Source: a virus
Taxonomy: Duplodnaviria; Caudoviricetes
IMG/VR virus record: IMGVR_UViG_3300043400_000009
Location: 1 to 28,200 of that record
Length of the DNA stretch: 28,200 bases
Strand: one strand, 5' to 3'
The notes under the pieces were generated by a model that did no database searches, was not told where the DNA came from, and saw only the letters and a program-made list of their open reading frames with translations. This document shows, one piece after another, positions 24,142-28,200 of this stretch. The position numbers and the translations under genes are program-made. Numbering within the stretch: the stretch's first letter is position 1; the number at the start of each line of letters is the position of its first letter.

Positions 24142-25302
24142 TTACTCGTCATCGCCTTCCTCTTCGGCCTCAACGGCTTTGGCCTTCTTGCCCTTGGCCT
24201 TCTTGGCGGGCTTCTCATCAGAGGCAGAGACTTCATCAGCGTCGTCCTCATTAGCCGGAACGTCCTCGTACTGGAAAGTCGAAGTTACAGCCTTGTACGC
24301 CTTCTTAAAAGCACTTCCAGTAGTCTTCAACTCCTCAATCTCACCAGTAGCCCAGAATAGTGCAGCTGCTTGGTTGATTAGCGCATTATTTACGGCCTCA
24401 TCGTCGGTCTGCTCCGCGTCAGCGATAATATCGCTAATCTTGGCAGCGATCTCCTTCTTCGACTGGGGAACCTTAAACACACCCTTCTCGGGAAGGGTCT
24501 TGCGGCTAGATGACTTGCTGCCGGCACCCTCATTAATGCCGCCGTCTTCCTCACCAGTCTCCTCTTGAGCATTAGCATTAGCCTCAGCTTCGGCCTCCTC
24601 CTTAACCAGCTTGTTATAGAGGACTTTAACGTCGTTGGCGGTAGAGTTCTCAGTAAGCTCAGGGAGGATCTTGTCTTGGATCTCCTCGTCCATCTTGGCG
24701 AGAGTAACCGCCGTAACATTCGCTAGGGTCTTGTCCTTTACACGCTCCAGAATCGGCGCACGGAGATCCAACAGAGCAAGTCGATTGCGGACGTGCTGGC
24801 CGGAGTAACCGGTGATCCCAGCGATCTTGGCTGGACTGAAGCCTGAGTCGAGCAACTTCTTGAAGGCAACGGCCTCATCGACCGCCTCAAGATTCTTGCG
24901 CGTAACATCGCTACCGGTGCTGATGGCTGCGGCCAAAGCGTCGGCATCGTTAGCAAGGTCATCACGGACATAAACCGGGACATCTACAAGCTTGGCGTCC
25001 TTGGCAGCGGCGTAGCGGCGGTGGCCGTCAATAAGTTGGTACTTGTTTGCCTTCTCTGGATGTGGGCGAACTAGAATGGGCTGAAGAATACCATTCTTGC
25101 GAACAGTAGTAGTCAGATCGGTGATGTCCCCGAGCGAACTACGCGGATTGAAATCCTTGATCTCGCTGATGGCTGTAATCGGAAGCTCGTGAGGATGGTT
25201 GACCTTCTCCTTACGCTTCTTAGGAGAAGTGGTGGCCTCTTGAGTTTCGACAACGGTCTCAACTTCGGTGGCGGTTTCTGCGTTCTTGCTCTTCTTAGCC
25301 AT
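24142..25302 (-). CDS. ParB/Spo0J-family protein
   Basis: FNPR, GILQPILVR, LIDGHRRY.A, RKNL...DEA, HTH (SPAKIAGITGYSGQHVRNRL.LL); acidic/Lys-rich tail. Confidence 0.9.
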   Translation of the reverse strand: MAKKSKNAETATEVETVVETQEATTSPKKRKEKVNHPHELPITAISEIKDFNPRSSLGDITDLTTTVRKNGILQPILVRPHPEKANKYQLIDGHRRYAAAKDAKLVDVPVYVRDDLANDADALAAAISTGSDVTRKNLEAVDEAVAFKKLLDSGFSPAKIAGITGYSGQHVRNRLALLDLRAPILERVKDKTLANVTAVTLAKMDEEIQDKILPELTENSTANDVKVLYNKLVKEEAEAEANANAQEETGEEDGGINEGAGSKSSSRKTLPEKGVFKVPQSKKEIAAKISDIIADAEQTDDEAVNNALINQAAALFWATGEIEELKTTGSAFKKAYKAVTSTFQYEDVPANEDDADEVSASDEKPAKKAKGKKAKAVEAEEEGDDE

Positions 25303-25343
25303 GTGGCTTTTCCTTGATTGGGCGGTTGCCCTGTTGATTCCTG

Positions 25344-25356
25344 CAAACAGTGTTTG
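25344..25356. promoter_or_regulatory. Palindromic motif (G)CAAACAGTGTTTG(C)
   Basis: Intergenic, between recA and the ParB-like gene. Confidence 0.72.
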
Positions 25357-25395
25357 CTGGGGTTATTTGGTGCTGTGAGCTACAGGCTAACAGCG

Positions 25396-27732
25396 TTAGT
25401 CGTCGTCTGAGTCTTCAGGGACTTCTGCGTCCGCATCTTGATCTTCATCATCTAAATCGGGAACTGGGGCTTTACTCTTCTTAGTATTTTCTTTTTTCGA
25501 TGCGGGGACACTAATAGCCTCCTTAATTGTGTCAAGAGCTATTTCTTCGCCCTGTTCTTCGATCCACTCAGCAAGGGAAATAGCAGTGTGAACCCCGGCC
25601 CCTGGTATCTTGTACCCAGTCTCCGTCTGTTTGGCTACGCCTTCCGCGATGAGATGCTTAATGATGCTTGTAGCTTGGTCAACCCCTGTCTTTAGTGACA
25701 GAGACCAGACCACATTTTTCTTGGCTTGCGAGAAACGAGCCTTAAACGTTCGCCACTGGATGTTGTAGCTGATCGGGGTATTGACCCCTTTTATCTTCTT
25801 GAACTCAGTACCGATATTGGTGGTCTTCACCATAACGTCGCACATGAAGTCCAAAGCACTTCCACATGGGCGGCTTGTAGGGTCTCCGAAGCTGTTGTGA
25901 ACTACAATACCGCCGCCAGCAATGAAATTATGCGTCTTTGGAACAGTGATGTCATACTTATACGCGGCCATGTGCTTACGTGCGTTATCCTTCTTCAAGA
26001 ATCCGCATTTTGTAACTGCGTTGGTAAACCGCTGCAAAGTTGGACGCATTTTCTCTAGCACCAGATCGTCACCGCCCGGCTTTAGTAAGCGGTTAAGCTT
26101 ATACTGCATACACGTAGGAACATACTTGGCGATAGCTTCTCCGAATAACTGGGCTTGCTTTCCATCCCACTTAAAGCCCTTGTCAAAAGACGTGGGTCGC
26201 CCCATGCCTATCTTGGCGAAATGGTTTATTATTTCCTGCTTGTTATACTCCGGTAGCTTAGTCGCGTAGATAACGTATCTGCCGCTGCCGTACTTAAGAC
26301 CACCGTGCGAGGCTACGTAGGTACCGTCATCCAAAAACCAGATAGTGGCTACTAGGGCGTCTATCTTAGCGATGAATTCTGCCGGTATCTTGTACAGGGC
26401 ATGGTGTTTAGTAACAGCCTTATAGCGCTGCATCTCTGCCGTGCTAACACTGTCAGAATAACAACCCCTGACACCGTAGACTTTAGGCTTTGGCATCCCA
26501 AGCAGCTTACATTTCCAGGCCAAATAGTCCTTTTGCTTTATCCCATGACCGAGACGCAGCCTGCCTTTTTCTGATGTCTTGCTTTTCCCGTCACCAAAAC
26601 GGATCTGTCCGTCACCGAGCAGTGACCCGTAGATAACGCGGTGCTGGTCCTCCGTGTAGTACCGAATGTCTGCCGTTACTACCCTATCGCCTATCTTAAG
26701 GGTATCTGCGGCCACCCAACCGTCAGGGGTGAGTATTTTGTGGTCAGGCGTAACTATAACGCTACGTCTACCGTTTGCCCCGCCCGCTGTCTGTACGTTG
26801 TACCAGTCGCCAGTGTATTCAGATCTGTAAAAGTCACTAACTTCTTTAACCATTACTTTGTTAGTTTTTTCATCAAGTGTGGCTACGCTTACTTTCTGTC
26901 TGTCATGAACTAGCTTACCAATCTTTTTAGTCGTACCATCTGGCAGTAGAACCGGAACATCGTATCGAAGGCAAACGCCTGGCTTCGTGCGAACTTGATT
27001 GACGAATACGGCAGCACAGTTCGAGCGCATCAAACGGCCACGGAATATCCGGGTGTGAACGGACATAACGCGAGCTTGGTGAGCCATCCCATTCTTGCCC
27101 TCAAGTTCGTCCTTGGTAGGGGCCGCAGCAACAGTGTCCCACACAATCAAATTTGGTGGTCCTTCTTTTGGCAATGCTTTCAGGAACACGTAGATTACGT
27201 TCCAGCCGTCCTCCATAGAATCCAGCTTGGCCCGCTCGATACGCGAAAAGTCAGCGCCGTAGCCTTTAAGATGCTTGGGGTCCATTGCTCTCTCATAGTC
27301 GAGATACAGCACTCGACCGCCAGCAGCGGAGACTCGCGCAGACATGTACTCTATGATAGCAGTCTTGCACGATGCTTGCTTACCAAACAACTCCATAGAA
27401 CGCCCGATTGGCAATCCTGACATCCCGTAGTCTTTGGAATCGCACAACATCTCATCAAGCTGCGGGATACCGAGTTTAATAGTACTGGTGATATTCTGCG
27501 TCTCGTCATCTTCCTTCAAAACTTCAATAGTTGCGTCTGTATTCTTGCCAAGAACTTTAAGTGCCCCAGCCATAAAATTAGCCGAGAAGTTGTCAGGGGC
27601 TGACTTATTTACGAGCTTCTTTGCTTTTGGTGCAGCCTTGGGCTTGGTCTTAACGACCGCCTTTGGTTCATCCGTAATCGGTGCTGACAGCTTAGATTTA
27701 GCGGCAACTTTTCGTAGTATGACTTTTGCCAT
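25396..27732 (-). CDS. recA: RecA/UvsX-like recombinase, intein-containing
   Basis: GLPIGR..ELFGKQASCKT, YLDYE.A.D, IVWDTVAA, QARVMS, FVNQVR.KPGV|SFGDP...P.G.AL.F. Confidence 0.93.
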   Translation of the reverse strand: MAKVILRKVAAKSKLSAPITDEPKAVVKTKPKAAPKAKKLVNKSAPDNFSANFMAGALKVLGKNTDATIEVLKEDDETQNITSTIKLGIPQLDEMLCDSKDYGMSGLPIGRSMELFGKQASCKTAIIEYMSARVSAAGGRVLYLDYERAMDPKHLKGYGADFSRIERAKLDSMEDGWNVIYVFLKALPKEGPPNLIVWDTVAAAPTKDELEGKNGMAHQARVMSVHTRIFRGRLMRSNCAAVFVNQVRTKPGVCLRYDVPVLLPDGTTKKIGKLVHDRQKVSVATLDEKTNKVMVKEVSDFYRSEYTGDWYNVQTAGGANGRRSVIVTPDHKILTPDGWVAADTLKIGDRVVTADIRYYTEDQHRVIYGSLLGDGQIRFGDGKSKTSEKGRLRLGHGIKQKDYLAWKCKLLGMPKPKVYGVRGCYSDSVSTAEMQRYKAVTKHHALYKIPAEFIAKIDALVATIWFLDDGTYVASHGGLKYGSGRYVIYATKLPEYNKQEIINHFAKIGMGRPTSFDKGFKWDGKQAQLFGEAIAKYVPTCMQYKLNRLLKPGGDDLVLEKMRPTLQRFTNAVTKCGFLKKDNARKHMAAYKYDITVPKTHNFIAGGGIVVHNSFGDPTSRPCGSALDFMCDVMVKTTNIGTEFKKIKGVNTPISYNIQWRTFKARFSQAKKNVVWSLSLKTGVDQATSIIKHLIAEGVAKQTETGYKIPGAGVHTAISLAEWIEEQGEEIALDTIKEAISVPASKKENTKKSKAPVPDLDDEDQDADAEVPEDSDDD
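25894..26973 (-). mobile_element. Intein (360 aa) with in-frame LAGLIDADG endonuclease in RecA loop L2
   Basis: CLRYDVPVLLPDG...VTPDHKILT...GSLLGDG...WFLDDG...YDITVPKTHNFIAGGGIVVHN|S. Confidence 0.95.
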
Positions 27733-27756
27733 AGTGTCTTTCTATAGGGACAATGA

Positions 27757-27781
27757 GGGGTGGGCCACATAGACCCACCCC
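27757..27781. other. GC-rich intergenic hairpin upstream of recA
   Basis: GGGGTGGG...CCCACCCC; no clear U-tract. Confidence 0.5.
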
Positions 27782-27788
27782 GTACAAC

Positions 27789-28200
27789 TTACTTCTTCTT
27801 CTTGATGCTGGCCTTCACGGCAGCAGCACCAGCCGACTTCTTCTTATGAGCAGGCTCCTCTTCGTCGTCATCCTCTTCGTCGTCATCAATCGGAGCCTTC
27901 TTGCTGGCCTTCGGAGCAGGCTTATATGCACCCTTCTTGGCTACAAGCTTTTCATCCTCATCCTCATCCTCGTCGCCATCACCGTCTTCATCTTCATCGT
28001 CCTCCTCAACGACAGCCTTCTTCTTGGCTACCGGCTTGCCCTTAGCCTTGGGGGCAGGCTCATCTTCATCACTATCTTCATCACTATCTTCATCACTATC
28101 TTCATCACTATCTTCATCACTATCTTCATCACTATCTTCATCACTATCTTCATCACTATCTTCATCACTATCTTCATCACTATCTTCATCACTATCTTCA
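27789..28200 (-). CDS. 3' end of a gene with an Asp/Glu- and Lys/Ala-rich low-complexity tail (possibly SSB-like, by position only)
   Basis: Open frame (EDSD)n-EDEPAPKAKGKPVAKKKAVVEEDDED...KASIKKKK* ending at TAA 27789-27791. Confidence 0.7.
   Translation of the reverse strand, partial: EDSDEDSDEDSDEDSDEDSDEDSDEDSDEDSDEDSDEDSDEDSDEDEPAPKAKGKPVAKKKAVVEEDDEDEDGDGDEDEDEDEKLVAKKGAYKPAPKASKKAPIDDDEEDDDEEEPAHKKKSAGAAAVKASIKKKK
28062..28200. repeat. Perfect 12-bp tandem repeat (atcttcatcact), at least 11.6 copies, encoding EDSD
   Basis: Directly visible; runs off the right edge. Confidence 0.97.

Noticed and set aside
268-27772. All + strand ORFs in the track (e.g. 12347-12874, 23777-24568, 26995-27420)
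   Set aside because: They are antisense shadows of well-supported minus-strand genes and show no motifs.
1-28200. Genome-wide TAG reassignment (code 15)
   Set aside because: Long core genes are intact under code 11, and several TAGs behave as true stops.
1-28200. Host assignment (e.g. PVC superphylum)
   Set aside because: Only weak hints (attC style, PKD domain, basic proteins); not supportable without searches.

Overview
Segment of a large (jumbo-like) dsDNA tailed phage genome. Essentially all real genes are on the minus strand. In transcription order (right to left) it carries: the acidic/Lys-rich tail of a gene with a 12-bp tandem repeat, RecA with a LAGLIDADG intein, a ParB-like protein, two non-canonical tRNA-like genes, a 5'-3' exonuclease, small ORFs, SbcD/SbcC, thymidylate kinase, a RuvC-like resolvase, terminase small and large subunits, a T4-gp20-like portal with a mini-intein, HU-like and histone-H1-like proteins, a QueC-like/QueC/TGT(DpdA)-like/ParB deazaguanine-type module, an array of small ORFs punctuated by attC-like hairpins, RecQ with an intein, and several interrupted small genes. 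Most unusual observations: (1) the RecQ intein's homing endonuclease is encoded in the +1 frame while the intein frame stays open across it; (2) tandem CCA-ended tRNA-like RNAs (anticodons UAU and UCU) lack a D-arm, and a D-loop-like segment lies after the anticodon arm instead; (3) an integrase-less array of attC-like sites is oriented opposite to, and translated through by, small ORFs; (4) a six-copy palindromic motif CAAACAGTGTTTG sits upstream of genes; (5) three translationally coupled small genes each carry an in-frame TAG. All calls come from manual motif reading; no database searches were run.
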